Shown: positions 1-10,994, numbered from the stretch's first letter. The stretch is DNA of 64,000 bases from an uncultured Gemmataceae bacterium (GCA_963750165.1 CAVVPN010000011.1:768001-832000), one strand, 5' to 3'. Notes: generated by a model from the letters alone, not told the origin. A program made the numbers and translations.

Positions 1-492
1 CTCCGGCGTGGGTTTGCCAGCCTTCTTGCCCAGATGGTCGGCCGGGAGCGGCCCCCCGACTGGCAAGTCAGGGCGCATCTCCGCCAGCATCCGCCGCAAG
101 GCCCGGGCCAGGGTGGTGGCAGTGCCGTGCTCCACGGTGAAGACGCGCGTGTTCCCGCCGTGCTTTCCCACTTCCTGCTTCCCCACTTCCTCCAGTGATC
201 GCAGGACTTCCCTGATCTCCGTCAGCTGCTCCACGCTGCCGCGGACCAGCAGCGCCTTGCGCTGCGGGAAGAACTCGATGAACGGCCCGCCCGTCTTGGC
301 GCCGCCGAACATCGCCTTGAGGCTGTTGGTCACCTGCTCGGCGTCCGGCCAGTCCAGGGGCAGCACTACCGTGACCGGCTTCGCCTGCTTGTCCTGGGCC
401 ATCACCGCGCCCGGCGGCCCCAGGAGCCAGCACCCCAGCACGACGCTTGCGATCAACCATCCCAGGCCGCGGCCAACTCGACGTGCGCTCAT
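1..492 (-). CDS. Secretin N-terminal (NolW-like) domain protein, runs off the window edge
   Basis: Manual minus-strand translation from ATG at 492: MSARRVGRGLGWLIASVVLGCWLL (signal-like) ... AEQVTNSLKAMF ... RKALLVRGSVEQLTEIREVLRSLE, matching the secretin_N pattern. Not in the ORF track because it is open-ended. Confidence 0.6.
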   Translation of the reverse strand, partial: MSARRVGRGLGWLIASVVLGCWLLGPPGAVMAQDKQAKPVTVVLPLDWPDAEQVTNSLKAMFGGAKTGGPFIEFFPQRKALLVRGSVEQLTEIREVLRSLEEVGKQEVGKHGGNTRVFTVEHGTATTLARALRRMLAEMRPDLPVGGPLPADHLGKKAGKPTPE

Positions 493-644
493 GGAATCCT
501 CCTGGAAGTTGCGACCCTCCTGGCCGGTCGTTTCCTTCACGGCAGCAGTACGCTTTCTACAAACGGTAACGCCGGATGATGAGAAGCGCATGAGGCGGAA
601 ATGAGAACCGCGGTCGCGGTATTTCTGCCGCTTGCGGCAGACCA

Positions 645-2445
645 TCAAAGCGCCGGCCCCGGCGCCGGCTCCTCGCGGTAGGGCTGGCCCTGTTCGTACA
701 GCCGCAGGCGCTGGTGGGCCGTTTCCCGGGTGCGCCCGGCCGGGTTCGGCAGTTCCACGACGCGCCGCTGCACCTTGATCGCGTCGGCGAACTGGCCGCG
801 CTCGGCGTGCGCCGCGGCCAGCGCTTCCAGCACCCAGGCGTCCTTTTCGCCGCGCACCTTCAGCGCCGCCGTGGCATGCTCCAGCGCCTCCTTGCCGTTA
901 CGCTGCTTCGCCTCCGGGCACGATGCCAGCAGCCACGCCAGCCGCGCGTGCGCTCGCCAGTCGCGCGCGTTCAGCTCGATGGCCTTGCGAAAATCCTGGC
1001 CGGCTGCCTCGTACTGCTGCTGGCGCAACTGAGCGCGGCCGCGGTTGCGGAACGCCGGGGCGTAATGGTCGTCCACATCGATGGCCTTGCTGAACGCGGC
1101 AATCGCCTCGGGATAATCCCGGTCCACCAGGAAGTAAATGCCGCGGTTGTGATGACTCTGCACCAGCCCCTTGCGGTAGCGGTTGCCGGTGGCGTGGTCG
1201 CGCACCGAGCTGCTCGTTGATCCGCAAGGCCTCGTCCAGGGCTTCCAGGGCCTTGGCGTACTCTCCCGAACGCAGGTGGACCATGCCCAGGCTGTTGGTT
1301 ACCTGGCCCAGCTCTTCGCGATACCGCGGCACCCGTGGGTACTCGGCGGTCAAATTTTTCAGCAGCCGCCGGGCCTCCCGCATCGCGGTTTCCGCCTGCG
1401 GCAACTGGTTCAAACTCGTGTACACCGCCCCTTGCCGATAGATGGTGCGGCTCAGGTGCCGCCAGTATAGCGGCAGCCGCGGGTGTTCGTCCGCCAGCTG
1501 CCGCCGCAGGACCAGTGCCTTGCCCAGCATCTCCTCGGCATCCCGTGGCTTCGCCGCCCGGTGCAGGCTCAGGCCGAGGTGGTGGTAACTCTCCGACAGG
1601 TCCAGCTGATAGTCCGCCACGGCCGGCGCCAGCTTGACCAGGCGCAAGCGCAACTGCAGCGCCTGCTCGTGGACCTCCTTCGCCTCCAGCGGCCGGCCGG
1701 TCGCCTCGAACAACAGGCTGCCGAGCCGGCTGAGCGTGAAGGCGTACGCCTGCAAATAGGTCGCGTCCTGCGGGAACTGCGTCACCAGCACCTGCTGTAG
1801 ATCCAGGGCTGCGCGGTACGCCTGCTCGGCGGCCTGCAGCTGGCCCTGGTCGCGCAGCGCGTCGCCGTGGGTGTGCTGGCACGCGGCCAGTTGCCGGCGG
1901 TGTTCTGGCACCTCGGGATGGGCCTCTTCCAGCGGCCCCAGCAGCGCCAGCGCCCGCTCCAACGCCTCGTTCGCCCTGGCGGGCTGGCCCTGCGCCCAGC
2001 GCAGCTCGCCGAGCCGGTGGTACGCGAGGCCGGTCTCCTGGCGGACCTTCGGGTCGTCTGCGGCGTCCTCCAGCAGTTCCTTGAAGAACCGCAGGGCGGC
2101 CTCCAGCTGCCGCAACCGCGGGGCCGCCGCGTCGGGGTCTCCGGCCAGTTCCAGTTCGACCGGGCTGACGCGCGTCAGCTGGTTCAGGACGGCCAGCGCC
2201 TTTTGCAACCGGTCCTCGGCCTCCGCGCGCCGCCGCTCTTCAACGCCCTTCTCTTCCTCCAGCCGGCCGCCGTACAGCACCAGACCCACGACCAGCGTCA
2301 CCACCGCCGCCACGCTCACGACCAGCAGGACCATCACGCTCGGGCCGCGCCGCCGCTGCGCTGCCAGCCGGAGCGGGGTCGCAATGCCCGTGGCGGGGCC
2401 GGGCCGTACCAAATGGACAGCGCTTTCGGGAATGACGGGATCCAT
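645..2445 (-). CDS. Membrane-anchored TPR protein with a frameshift near 1207
   Basis: ORF 898..2445 has one TM segment and TPR repeats up to LRINEQL. TPR continues in ORF 645..1205 (RDHATGNRYRKGLVQSHHNRG...LAWLLASCP...LAAAHAERGQF). One extra base at CTCG/GTGCGC. Confidence 0.8.
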
Positions 2446-2827
2446 GCGCGGATGACCTCCCAGTCTGGACGAGCTTCACCAATCAGCCCTGGTCGTGCAG
2501 GCGAACGCTGCAACCCAGGGAGGAAGGGATATGAAGACAGTGTAAAGCCCGCCGGGTAGGGAATGCAAGCGTTTGCTGGCGGGTGTGTCGGAACGCAATA
2601 GAAATGTCCTCTGTTTGGTTGAACTGGAGCGGTTCGCGAATGGCAGGCGCACACCACGGTTTGTGGTCCACGCGCTTGCGAACCGCTCCAAAAGCGAGAA
2701 AAATACAAACGTTATCCCTGGTGCGTTTGCATTCGGCTGCGGCATGAACTACCTTTCATTCGGCCAGGCAACCTGGCCAACGGTTTCTGGCCCACCCAGG
2801 GTTCCTCCAACGAAAGGATCGACTCAG

Positions 2828-3019
2828 ATGATTTCGCACCTGACCCGAAGTGTCGTGAACTTCCTGCAGCGTGAAGATGGCCCGACGGCCGTCGAGTACG
2901 CGGTCATGCTGGCCCTGATTATCGTGGTGTGCATCGTCGCCATCACCGCCCTGGGCAGCAACGCCAACGCCACCTTCTCCAGCGTCAGCAATACCATCGG
3001 CTCCACCACCGGCAGCTGA
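2828..3019 (+). CDS. flp: Flp family type IVb pilin
   Basis: MISHLTRSVVNFLQREDGPTAVEYAVMLALIIVVCIVAITALG: prepilin G-xxxx-EY Flp motif followed by a hydrophobic helix; AAGGA RBS upstream. Confidence 0.95.
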   Translation: MISHLTRSVVNFLQREDGPTAVEYAVMLALIIVVCIVAITALGSNANATFSSVSNTIGSTTGS

Positions 3020-3063
3020 CCACGGCTCGCCTCGCCTCGAAAGCAAGCAAAGTTGATAGCGCC

Positions 3064-3124
3064 AGACCCCGTTTACGGTTTGCGAGGAATGCCACTCGCG
3101 AACCGTAAACGGGGTCTCGTTTTT
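3064..3124 (+). terminator. Rho-independent terminator after the pilin
   Basis: AGACCCCGTTTACGGTT...AACCGTAAACGGGGTCT stem followed by a T-run. Confidence 0.8.
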
Positions 3125-3229
3125 GTCCGGGAACACTTATTCCGAGCCTGAGTGCCAGCGCTGGGCCTGCTTGGCCCCGCGCTGGCGTCGGGCTCGGACC
3201 CACCACGAAAATCCACGGGCAATCCCGTC

Positions 3230-3713
3230 TTAGCCGCCCTTGAGGATGAAGGAGTTCAGGAACTTTTGCACCTCCGGGTCCGAAAGCCGGTGCTTGTCCC
3301 CGAGGGCCATGAGCTGATACAGCCGATTGTTGGCGTACACCAGGCGCCCGGAAGCGAAGCCCCTGGTCGGCTGCTGAATCGTCATCTCAAACTCCCTGCG
3401 CGGCGCCCCCCACCCGAACGGCAGTGGACTTGAGTAAACTGCCGCCCTGCGAACGGACGATCGTGTTCACGAAGTTGTCGAAGTTCGGCGCAACGCCGGG
3501 GGGCAGATCGGTGTAGGAGACCATGTACGCCCCATTGCGGTGTTCCGCGACCAGCGTGGTCTGCGCGGACGACCCCTGCCCGCGCGTCTCTTTCCTGGTG
3601 CTGCTGGGCAAGTAGACGCTGTACGTCCCATCGTCGGACGTTCGCATGCGCCACTCGGGCTCACAGCCCAGCGGCAGCAGCATCACGACAGCCAACCAGA
3701 ACCACTTGTTCAT
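3230..3713 (-). CDS. Putative lipoprotein with a frameshift near 3400
   Basis: Lipobox LPLGC in ORF 3387..3713. Another frame continues REFEMTIQQPTRGFASGRLVYANNRLYQLMALG...VQKFLNSFILKGG to TAA at 3230-3232. Confidence 0.7.
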
Positions 3714-3771
3714 GAGCCCTCCACAGGTTCGGTAATGCGTCGGACGGGTTCGGCGAGCCCGGGGAGGAAAA

Positions 3772-3799
3772 GAAAGGGCCGCACCAGTGCGGCCCTTTC
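3772..3799 (-). terminator. Intrinsic terminator after the 1479-aa gene
   Basis: GAAAGGGCCGCAC / GTGCGGCCCTTTC hairpin with a T-rich tail on the minus strand. Confidence 0.6.
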
Positions 3800-3826
3800 C
3801 CGGTGATCATTGCTCGCGGCCGTCAC

Positions 3827-6800
3827 TCACTCCGGCGCGCTGGCCGCCTTCTGGCGGTAGTCGGCAATGATTTGACGCAGGGGGCCCTGAATGCGTTCCA
3901 AACTCGCGTTGACCCGCACCATATCCGGCCGGCTCAGCGCCTCCAACCGCGCGGCCTCCGTGAAGTCGAACTTCGCCGCCTCAAGCTTAGCTTTGTTTTT
4001 CTGCTGATACCGCGCCAGCCCCAGGAAATAGTGGTAGCGGGCGTCGGGTTCGTAGAAACTCTTGGCCTGCTGGAACTGGAACTCGGCCTCCTTGTACTTG
4101 CGCTGCCAGAAGTAGTCCAGCCCCTTGCTGAAGTAGCGCTCGGCCATGCGCGGGTCGGCGTTCGCCTGCGCGTCCAGCTGCTGGAACGCCGGGTGCTCGC
4201 GCACCATGCGCACCAGCTCCTCCGTCGGCTTGCCGGGATAGTACAGCCTCAAACCCTCGACGTACTCCACCACCGCCTTGGTGCGCTCGCTCTGCTGCAG
4301 GTACGCCAGACCAAGAATCATGTGGCCCTCGCCGCGCACCTTCATGTCCCTGGACTTTATCAGCACCTTCGCCAGTTTGATGCTCTCCTGCAACCGCTTC
4401 TCGCGCGCCAGGTCGTCCTTCTCATCGTCCTGCACCTGCACGCACGTCAGCGACAGCAGAACGAGCAGCGCCCGCGGGTCCGCGGCCAGCAGGGCGTTTT
4501 CCTCCTCACGGAGCCCGGCGGGCGGGGCCAGCTGACCGGCCTTGTCGCCCATCGGCGCTGGCGGGACCGGCTCCGCCGCAGCCCGCGGCAACTGCAACAG
4601 CTTCGCCAGCGCCGCCCGATAGCGGTCCTGCTCCGGCGCCTTGGCCAGCGCCGCCCGGTAGTTCGCCTCCGCCCGGTCCAGCTGGCCGCTCTGCTCGTCC
4701 AGCCGGCCCAGCACGAACAGCGCCTCCGGCTCCACCTGCGGATCCTTCTTCGCCGCCTCCGCGTCCTGCCGCACCAGCTGCCGGATCGCGTCGTTCATCG
4801 GTTTGCCAGCCGGCACGCTGTCCAGCCGCACCAGCGCCCGCGCCGTCAGCAGCTTGCCGTTGTCCGGCATCGCCTGCAGGGCGGTCGTCAAATCCTGCAG
4901 CGCTTCGATCGTCCGCCCGTCGGCGGCCAGCTTCCGCGCCAGCGGCAGATAGTAGGCGTCGGGGTCGGTCAGCTCCTTCAGCGCCGAGCCGGCCAGGGCG
5001 CCGACCTGCGGTGTCTTGGCCCGCGTCGCGGCGGTCTCGGCGGCCTCCAGCGACTTCCTGGCCTCGGCGAACCGGCCGTGGTTGCGCTGCGCCAGGCCGA
5101 GCGCCAGCAGCGCCTTGGCCTTGGCCTCGGTGCTGGTGCCCGAGTCCTTGGCAGCCACCCACTGAGCGTACTTGCTCACGCCAGTCAGGTCGGCGGCGTC
5201 CTTGCGGTCGCGGTTTTGCAGCAGCGCGATCCAGTTCTCCAGCCGCTGCTCCGGCGTCTCGGACAGCGCCTGCCGGGCGAGCGCCACCTTGAGCGCCGCG
5301 TCCTTGGCGGACGAGTCCACGGCCTCCTTGGCCAGCTGGCTCACGCCGCCGCCCAGGCCGCCCAGCGACTTCGCCATCTGGCCCATGTAGGTCACCAGCG
5401 GCGACTGCGCCGACAGCACCGCCTTGCGCGTGCCGCTGACCAGTTGGTCATTCTTGTCAGCCCCTCCCTTGAGAAAATTGCCCGTTTTCAGCTCCGCCAG
5501 CGCCGCGTCCACGGCCTTGGTCGTTTCCGCCTTCTCCTTCTCCAGCGCCAACTTGTCGGCGGTTAATGCCGTCTTCTCCTTGGTCAGCGCCTTGACCGAC
5601 GTGTCCAGGCCGTCGCGTTCCTTCGTCAATTTCTGGTTGTCCGTGGTCAGCTGCTCGTTCTCCTTGCCGAGGCGCTGCCACTCCTTCGCCAGGAAGTCCA
5701 CCGCCTTGACCGTGTCGTCCGCCTTGACCTTCGCGGTCTCCAGCGCTTCAGTGATTTGCTTGAGCTTGGTCTTGTTCACCGCCATCTGCTTGGCCAGCTC
5801 CTTTTCATTGGCCTCGGCGGCGATCTTGTCGGCGCGCATCGTCGTGAGGGTGTTGATGGTCAATTCGATGCGCTTGGTCAGGGCGTTATTGTTGGCGTCC
5901 TCGGCGTCCTTGAGCGCCTTTTGAACAGCCTCGTCCTTTTTGTTGACCGGCTGGTCGTTCTTCAATTTCTCCACGATGTACTTGTCGAAACGGATGTCGC
6001 CGCGGGCGGACAGTTCGTCCGGCCCCTGCGCGTTCTCAACCTTCGCCAGCGCCCCGTCCAGGTCGCCCTTCTGCCGTAGCAGTTGCGCTTCCACGGCCGG
6101 CTTCGGCTTCTCCTTGGCTTGCCACTTCGCCTGGGGCTCTTTGGTGTCGCCCGGCGACGGCGGAATCGCCGACAGCAGGTCCGGCTTGAAGTACCAGATG
6201 GCCGCGGCGCCCGCTGCGATCACGAACGACAGGAAGCCCAGCGCGAACAGCAGGAACGAAAACAGCGCCCCGACCATGCTGCGGCGCCGCTCGACCGGGA
6301 CGTAACCGCGCGGCAGCTTGCCCTTCGGCGTCGGCGTCTCCTCTTCCTCCTCGGCGCCGCCCACCGTGACAGTGGCGCGCTTCTTCGTGGTGGTCTTGCG
6401 GGTGGGCGTCGTCACCACCTCTTCCTCTTCCACCTCCTCGACGAGCACCTTGCTCTTGCCGACCTTCGCCTGCGTCCTCGCCTTGGGGACGACCAACTCC
6501 TCGTCCAGATCCTCGACCACCTCGGCGGCCTTGCCCTTGGCCCGGGGCGCCACCAGGGGCTCGTCCTCGACGACCTCCTCGACGGCATCGAGATCCACGT
6601 CCGGCTCGCCCGATTTGGGCGCCAGCAGCAGATCGTCCAGGATTTGTTCTTCCGTGGGGCCGCCCTCAAGCAGCACGCTCTCGTCGAGAACGTCCAGGTC
6701 CGCGCCTGCCTTGGCCTTGCCAGAGTCGGCATCGCCCCAGAGTTTGCCCGAATCGACCGCCTCGTCGGTTACCTCGACGACCTCTTCCACGCCGGACTGC

Positions 6801-8266
6801 GCCAGGTGTTCGGCCGACGAACCCAGGTCCACGGCGGACGACTCGGGGCCGGAGGTTGCCGTCTTGCCGAGGTCGATCTCACCGGATTGCGGCGTCGGTC
6901 GCTTGGACGGCTTGGTCTTGGACGAGTCCTCCAGCAGGTCCACGCCGGACTCCAGCGCCTCGGCGATCATGTCCACGCCGGACGGGGCCGGGCCGCGCGC
7001 ACTCTTCTTGCCCAGGTCCACTTCCGAGGCGCCCTCGACCAGCACCTCATCGCCGAGCACGTCGTCATCGGTGACGCGGGCGCCGGAGATCACCGAGCCG
7101 GTCGGGTCGATGGCGTCCAGGTTCAGGTCCGCGTCGGAGACGACACCGGGGCGCTGCATGTGCAGATCGGACGGGGCGGCCTCGGTCACGTCGAGGATTT
7201 CTTCCTCCATCACGTCCTCGCCAGCGTCCGGTTCGCCGAGCTTGGCGCCAGTCTTGCGTTTGGCGCCGGTCTTGCGCTTGGGTGGCGTTGGCGGCCCGGC
7301 CGCGGCGGCGCCGCCCAGGCCGGTATCAATTTCTTCGGGTTCCTGTGCGCCGAGCATGGTCGGCACGGAGCCCTTCGGGCCGATGCGCGTCGGTGCCGCG
7401 ACCTTGCGCGGCGCCATGGCGGTCGGCTTGGCGCCTGGTTTGGTTGGCGGCGGCGACCCGCCGACGATCGGGACTTCGCCGGACGACCGAGGGGGCGGCG
7501 CCATCGGGCCGGACGGCGGCGACTCTTCCACCACGTCCACGAGATCCTCGACGACCTCCTCGACGGGTTGCGGCAGTTTCTTGCTGGAACCCTCGACGAG
7601 CTCCACGTCCTCAAGCACGTCCTCGACCGGCATGGGGCTGGGCAGCATCTTGCTGGAGCCCGACAGCACCTCCACGTCTTCGAGCACGTCCTCGGACGGC
7701 AGCGGGGCCGACATCTTCACACTGGAACCGGACAGGACTTCCACGTCCTCCAGCACGTTCTCGGACGGCAGGGGCGCGGCGGGCTGCGGCAGCTTCTTGC
7801 TGGAGCCGCCGACGACCTCCACGTCTTCGATCACGTCCTCGATCACATCCTCGACCGGCATGGGCTTCGGCAGCTTTTTGCTGGAGCCCTCGACGATCTC
7901 GATGTCGTCAATCACGTCCTCGACCGGCATGGGGGCGGGGAGCCTCTTGCTGGAGCCCTCCACCACTTCCACATCCTCGATCACGTCCTCGAGCACTTCC
8001 TCGACGGGCAACGGCGCGACGGGCTGCGGCAGTTTCTTACTGGAGCCCTCGACGACCTCCACGTCTTCGAGCACCTCCTCGACCAACTCAACCGGTTCGA
8101 CCGGCTCGACCGGCATGGGCTTCGGCAGCTTTTTGCTGGAGCCCTCGACGATCTCAATATCCTCGATGATGTCTTCAACAGGTTCGACCGGCGCCGGCCG
8201 GCGTGGCGGCTGCGGCGGTTGTGGCGGCTGCGGGTTGCCGCGCGGGTCGTTATTTTTCTTTGCCAT
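3827..8266 (-). CDS. Large membrane protein: acidic tandem-repeat N-terminus, one TM, coiled coil, C-terminal TPR-like region
   Basis: 1479-aa ORF with repeats like VEDVIEDVEVVEGSSKKLPxPxP, TM LFSFLLFALGFLSFVIAAGAAAIWYF, a heptad K/E-rich region and TPR-like helices. Confidence 0.85.
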   Translation of the reverse strand: MAKKNNDPRGNPQPPQPPQPPRRPAPVEPVEDIIEDIEIVEGSSKKLPKPMPVEPVEPVELVEEVLEDVEVVEGSSKKLPQPVAPLPVEEVLEDVIEDVEVVEGSSKRLPAPMPVEDVIDDIEIVEGSSKKLPKPMPVEDVIEDVIEDVEVVGGSSKKLPQPAAPLPSENVLEDVEVLSGSSVKMSAPLPSEDVLEDVEVLSGSSKMLPSPMPVEDVLEDVELVEGSSKKLPQPVEEVVEDLVDVVEESPPSGPMAPPPRSSGEVPIVGGSPPPTKPGAKPTAMAPRKVAAPTRIGPKGSVPTMLGAQEPEEIDTGLGGAAAAGPPTPPKRKTGAKRKTGAKLGEPDAGEDVMEEEILDVTEAAPSDLHMQRPGVVSDADLNLDAIDPTGSVISGARVTDDDVLGDEVLVEGASEVDLGKKSARGPAPSGVDMIAEALESGVDLLEDSSKTKPSKRPTPQSGEIDLGKTATSGPESSAVDLGSSAEHLAQSGVEEVVEVTDEAVDSGKLWGDADSGKAKAGADLDVLDESVLLEGGPTEEQILDDLLLAPKSGEPDVDLDAVEEVVEDEPLVAPRAKGKAAEVVEDLDEELVVPKARTQAKVGKSKVLVEEVEEEEVVTTPTRKTTTKKRATVTVGGAEEEEETPTPKGKLPRGYVPVERRRSMVGALFSFLLFALGFLSFVIAAGAAAIWYFKPDLLSAIPPSPGDTKEPQAKWQAKEKPKPAVEAQLLRQKGDLDGALAKVENAQGPDELSARGDIRFDKYIVEKLKNDQPVNKKDEAVQKALKDAEDANNNALTKRIELTINTLTTMRADKIAAEANEKELAKQMAVNKTKLKQITEALETAKVKADDTVKAVDFLAKEWQRLGKENEQLTTDNQKLTKERDGLDTSVKALTKEKTALTADKLALEKEKAETTKAVDAALAELKTGNFLKGGADKNDQLVSGTRKAVLSAQSPLVTYMGQMAKSLGGLGGGVSQLAKEAVDSSAKDAALKVALARQALSETPEQRLENWIALLQNRDRKDAADLTGVSKYAQWVAAKDSGTSTEAKAKALLALGLAQRNHGRFAEARKSLEAAETAATRAKTPQVGALAGSALKELTDPDAYYLPLARKLAADGRTIEALQDLTTALQAMPDNGKLLTARALVRLDSVPAGKPMNDAIRQLVRQDAEAAKKDPQVEPEALFVLGRLDEQSGQLDRAEANYRAALAKAPEQDRYRAALAKLLQLPRAAAEPVPPAPMGDKAGQLAPPAGLREEENALLAADPRALLVLLSLTCVQVQDDEKDDLAREKRLQESIKLAKVLIKSRDMKVRGEGHMILGLAYLQQSERTKAVVEYVEGLRLYYPGKPTEELVRMVREHPAFQQLDAQANADPRMAERYFSKGLDYFWQRKYKEAEFQFQQAKSFYEPDARYHYFLGLARYQQKNKAKLEAAKFDFTEAARLEALSRPDMVRVNASLERIQGPLRQIIADYRQKAASAPE
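7545..8190 (-). repeat. Coding tandem repeat, about 8-9 degenerate units
   Basis: Recurrent GCTGGAGCCCTCGACGA..CTC..ACGTC blocks encoding E(D)VEVVEGSSKKLP. Confidence 0.85.
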
Positions 8267-8652
8267 GACAACTCCAGAGGTGTGAGGCCCCGGCGACGAC
8301 GTCGGCCCCGTGCGATGCGCGGAATCGGAAACGACACCCCATTTTCTCGCATCGACGGCGGTTCATCAATGCTTTTTCGCAAAAAGGCGCGGTCGGCCGC
8401 GCCCGGTGGCGGTGGAATTGCTCTCGTCAGCGTGCCCGGCACAGGCGCCGTGGACGGCACAGACGGTGGGTCTGCCGTTTGCGGGAACGTCACCAGAAGC
8501 GGACTACAATCCTTTTCCCCGCCGCTCCTGCTGGTCGCAAAACCGTCAGTGCCGGTGCGCGAATGACCAGATTTCGCGCGGCCAGGCGCTTGAGAATGCC
8601 CCACCCACGGCTTACGATGAAAAGAGGACCACCCGCCGAGAAAGGACCGGTC

Positions 8653-9570
8653 ATGGCCAGCGACGCAACCCCCGGCCTGACGCCCGCACTGCTGCACAAA
8701 CGCCAACGCCTGCTGGATCTGCTGCGCGACCTGGGTCGTGTCGCGGTCGCCTTCAGCGGCGGCATCGACAGCACCGTCGTCGCTCAGGCCGCCTTCCTCG
8801 CGCTAGGCGACAACGCCGTCGCCATCACCGCCGACAGCCCGAGTGTGCCGCGCTCCGAGATCGCCGAGGCCGTCGCCCTTGCCCGCCACATTGGCATTCG
8901 CCATCAGCTCGTCCGCACCAACGAGTTTGACGATCCCGACTACGTCCGCAACGACGGCAGCCGCTGCTACCACTGCAAGAGCGAATTATACGACCGCATT
9001 GAAACGCTGCTGCCGAAGTTGTGGCCCGGTCAGGAGACCGGGCCACAACGAGTGGTGTGCAGCGGTGCCAACCTCGACGACCTGGGCGACTACCGCCCCG
9101 GGCTGACGGCCGCCGCGGAACACGCCGTCCGCCACCCGTTGCAGGAGGCGAGCTTCACGAAGGCGGAGGTGCGCGCGGTCGCGCTGGACTGGGGCCTGCC
9201 GACATGGGACAAGCCAGCGTCGCCGTGCCTGTCCAGCCGGCTGGCGCCCGGCGTGACGGTGACACCCGAGCGCACCGGCCGCGTCGAGGCCGCCGAAGCG
9301 TACCTGCGCGGCCTGGGACTGCGCGAACTGCGCGTCCGGCTGCACGAGGGCGAACTGGCTCGCATCGAGGTGCCCGCGACGGAGCTGGAGCGCCTGGCCG
9401 ACCCAGCGGTGCGCGAGCCGCTGGTACGGCATTTGCTAAAAATTGGATTCCGCTTCGTGACGTTGGACCTGGAAGGTTTTCGCAGCGGCAGCCTGAACGC
9501 GCTGGTGCCGCTGGAGAGCAAGTTATTGTTTCGACAGCCGCCCGTGTCGTCAGGAGCACCCACCCCATGA
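8653..9570 (+). CDS. larE: ATP-dependent sulfur transferase LarE (TIGR00268 family)
   Basis: PP-loop AFSGGIDS, RCYHCK, GANLDDLGDYRPG, WDKPASPCLSSR and DLEGFRSGSLN motifs. Confidence 0.93.
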   Translation: MASDATPGLTPALLHKRQRLLDLLRDLGRVAVAFSGGIDSTVVAQAAFLALGDNAVAITADSPSVPRSEIAEAVALARHIGIRHQLVRTNEFDDPDYVRNDGSRCYHCKSELYDRIETLLPKLWPGQETGPQRVVCSGANLDDLGDYRPGLTAAAEHAVRHPLQEASFTKAEVRAVALDWGLPTWDKPASPCLSSRLAPGVTVTPERTGRVEAAEAYLRGLGLRELRVRLHEGELARIEVPATELERLADPAVREPLVRHLLKIGFRFVTLDLEGFRSGSLNALVPLESKLLFRQPPVSSGAPTP

Positions 9571-9833
9571 CCCCGTTAGCCGCCCCGCACGCCCTCGACG
9601 CCTACTTTCTGGAAGCGCGCTGTAAACTGCTGGACCTGGCCGCCATCCTCGACCGCATCGGCCGCGGCCGCGACGCCGCCGGCGCCGGCGCTGACCCGCG
9701 GCTGGCGCAGGTGCGTCAGGCGCTGGAGGTGCTGCTGGACCCGAGCAGCGGCCGGGCCGAGCGCGTGCAGCAGATTTTCTCGGACGCTTACGAACCGTGC
9801 TGGCAGCCGCCGAAGCCGCGCTATTCCTACTGA
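9567..9833 (+). CDS. Small hypothetical protein translationally coupled to larE
   Basis: ATGA overlap with the larE stop; MTPLAAPHALDAYFLEARCKLLDLAAILDRI...RAERVQQIFS. Confidence 0.75.
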   Translation: MTPLAAPHALDAYFLEARCKLLDLAAILDRIGRGRDAAGAGADPRLAQVRQALEVLLDPSSGRAERVQQIFSDAYEPCWQPPKPRYSY

Positions 9834-9855
9834 GGATTGCGCGGGAAAAGATCTC

Positions 9856-10746
9856 TTACTTCCACCATAATGGGACTCTGGCGTGCAGGATGAAGGAAAC
9901 CAACAACTGCGGCTTGTTTTTCAACGCTACCAAGGCCTCCCAAACGTGCTGCCGCAGTTCGGTGACATCACTGGGAGCCAGGTTGCACAACTGGCCATAC
10001 TTGGTCCAAGACCAGACGTCCTCGTCCGGATTGGTGTCCGGGGCGTGGGGGCGGGGCAGTCCTCCACCACGACTTCGGGATGACCAGCCAGCCACGCCTT
10101 GACCACCTGGGCCTTGCTGTGAATCTGCTTGCGGTCCCAGACGATGGTCCACGGGCCGCCGACCTCGCTCTTGAACTGCCGCAAGAACAGCACCACCTCC
10201 TCGCCATGAAAGTTCTCATTGTCGCCTGGCAGCATAAAGTGTAGGCCGACTCGGCGCGCTTGCGGGCTGAGGGTGATGGCACTGATCACGCTAATCGGTC
10301 ATGCCGATCCGAGCAATCCAGCAAGGGGGTCTGACCGCGCGGGGCCAAGGTCGCCGGACGACCGGGGACAGCAAAAAGCCGGATTCGTCGAGCAAAGCGA
10401 TGCGCGCGCGGCGCTGGTAGGATTGCCGAATGATCTGAGGCCAGTCATCAGCGAGCCACCGTTCGACCTCTTTGAGGTTACGTTCCCGGGCGCGTTTCTG
10501 CGGTCGCTGGCTTGTCCAGTGCAGGTGCCGCCGGAGCAACCGGTAGACGTGGGCGGGATGATCCCGGACGCCGAAGTTACGCCGGATCAGGACGGCGACC
10601 CGTTTAGCAGTCCACAGGTGGTTGAGCCACCCGTGCGCTATGGCCCCTTGCTTGAGCAAGGCTTCCAAGGTGGCGGTGACAGGGCAATCAGGCCGTCAGT
10701 CGGCAGCGGAGATCAGCCCCTTGGCATCCGGGCGGTGGCGCCGTAA
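9856..10746 (-). pseudogene. Degenerate IS630-family transposase
   Basis: Pieces in three frames: LWTAKRVAVLIRRNFGV..HPAHVYRLL..WTSQRPQKRARER..LDESGF; ISAITLSP..VWDR; APDTNPDEDVW. 5' end not resolved. Confidence 0.85.
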
Positions 10747-10911
10747 AAAAATCGAACCACCGCTGTTTCTGGCTGTCCTTCCTTTACGAGAATGTACGAG
10801 AAGTGGCTGGAAACTGTACGAGAAGACAGTAAAATAGAGAAGAGGCGGCGAGAAGAGCGGCCCCGTACAGCAGGCGGAAGTTGAAGTCTGATAGAGGGTT
10901 AAGAAGAAGAA

Positions 10912-10984
10912 GGACAGATAGCTCAGCTGGTAGAGCGAAGGACTGAAAATCCTTAGGTCGCCGGTTCGATCCCGGCTCTGTCCA
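10912..10984 (+). tRNA. tRNA-Phe(GAA)
   Basis: Cloverleaf: GGACAGA/TCTGTCC acceptor, GCTC/GAGC D-arm, AAGGA-CTGAAAA-TCCTT anticodon arm, GCCGG-TTCGATC-CCGGC T-arm. CCA not encoded. Confidence 0.97.
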
Positions 10985-10994
10985 CTCCTCTAAG

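Noticed and set aside
3803..8566. Long plus-strand ORFs (587, 827 and 655 aa), and similar ones at 27397-29343, 34598-37504 and 38525-40273
   Set aside because: Antisense shadows of real GC-rich genes, with no recognisable motifs.
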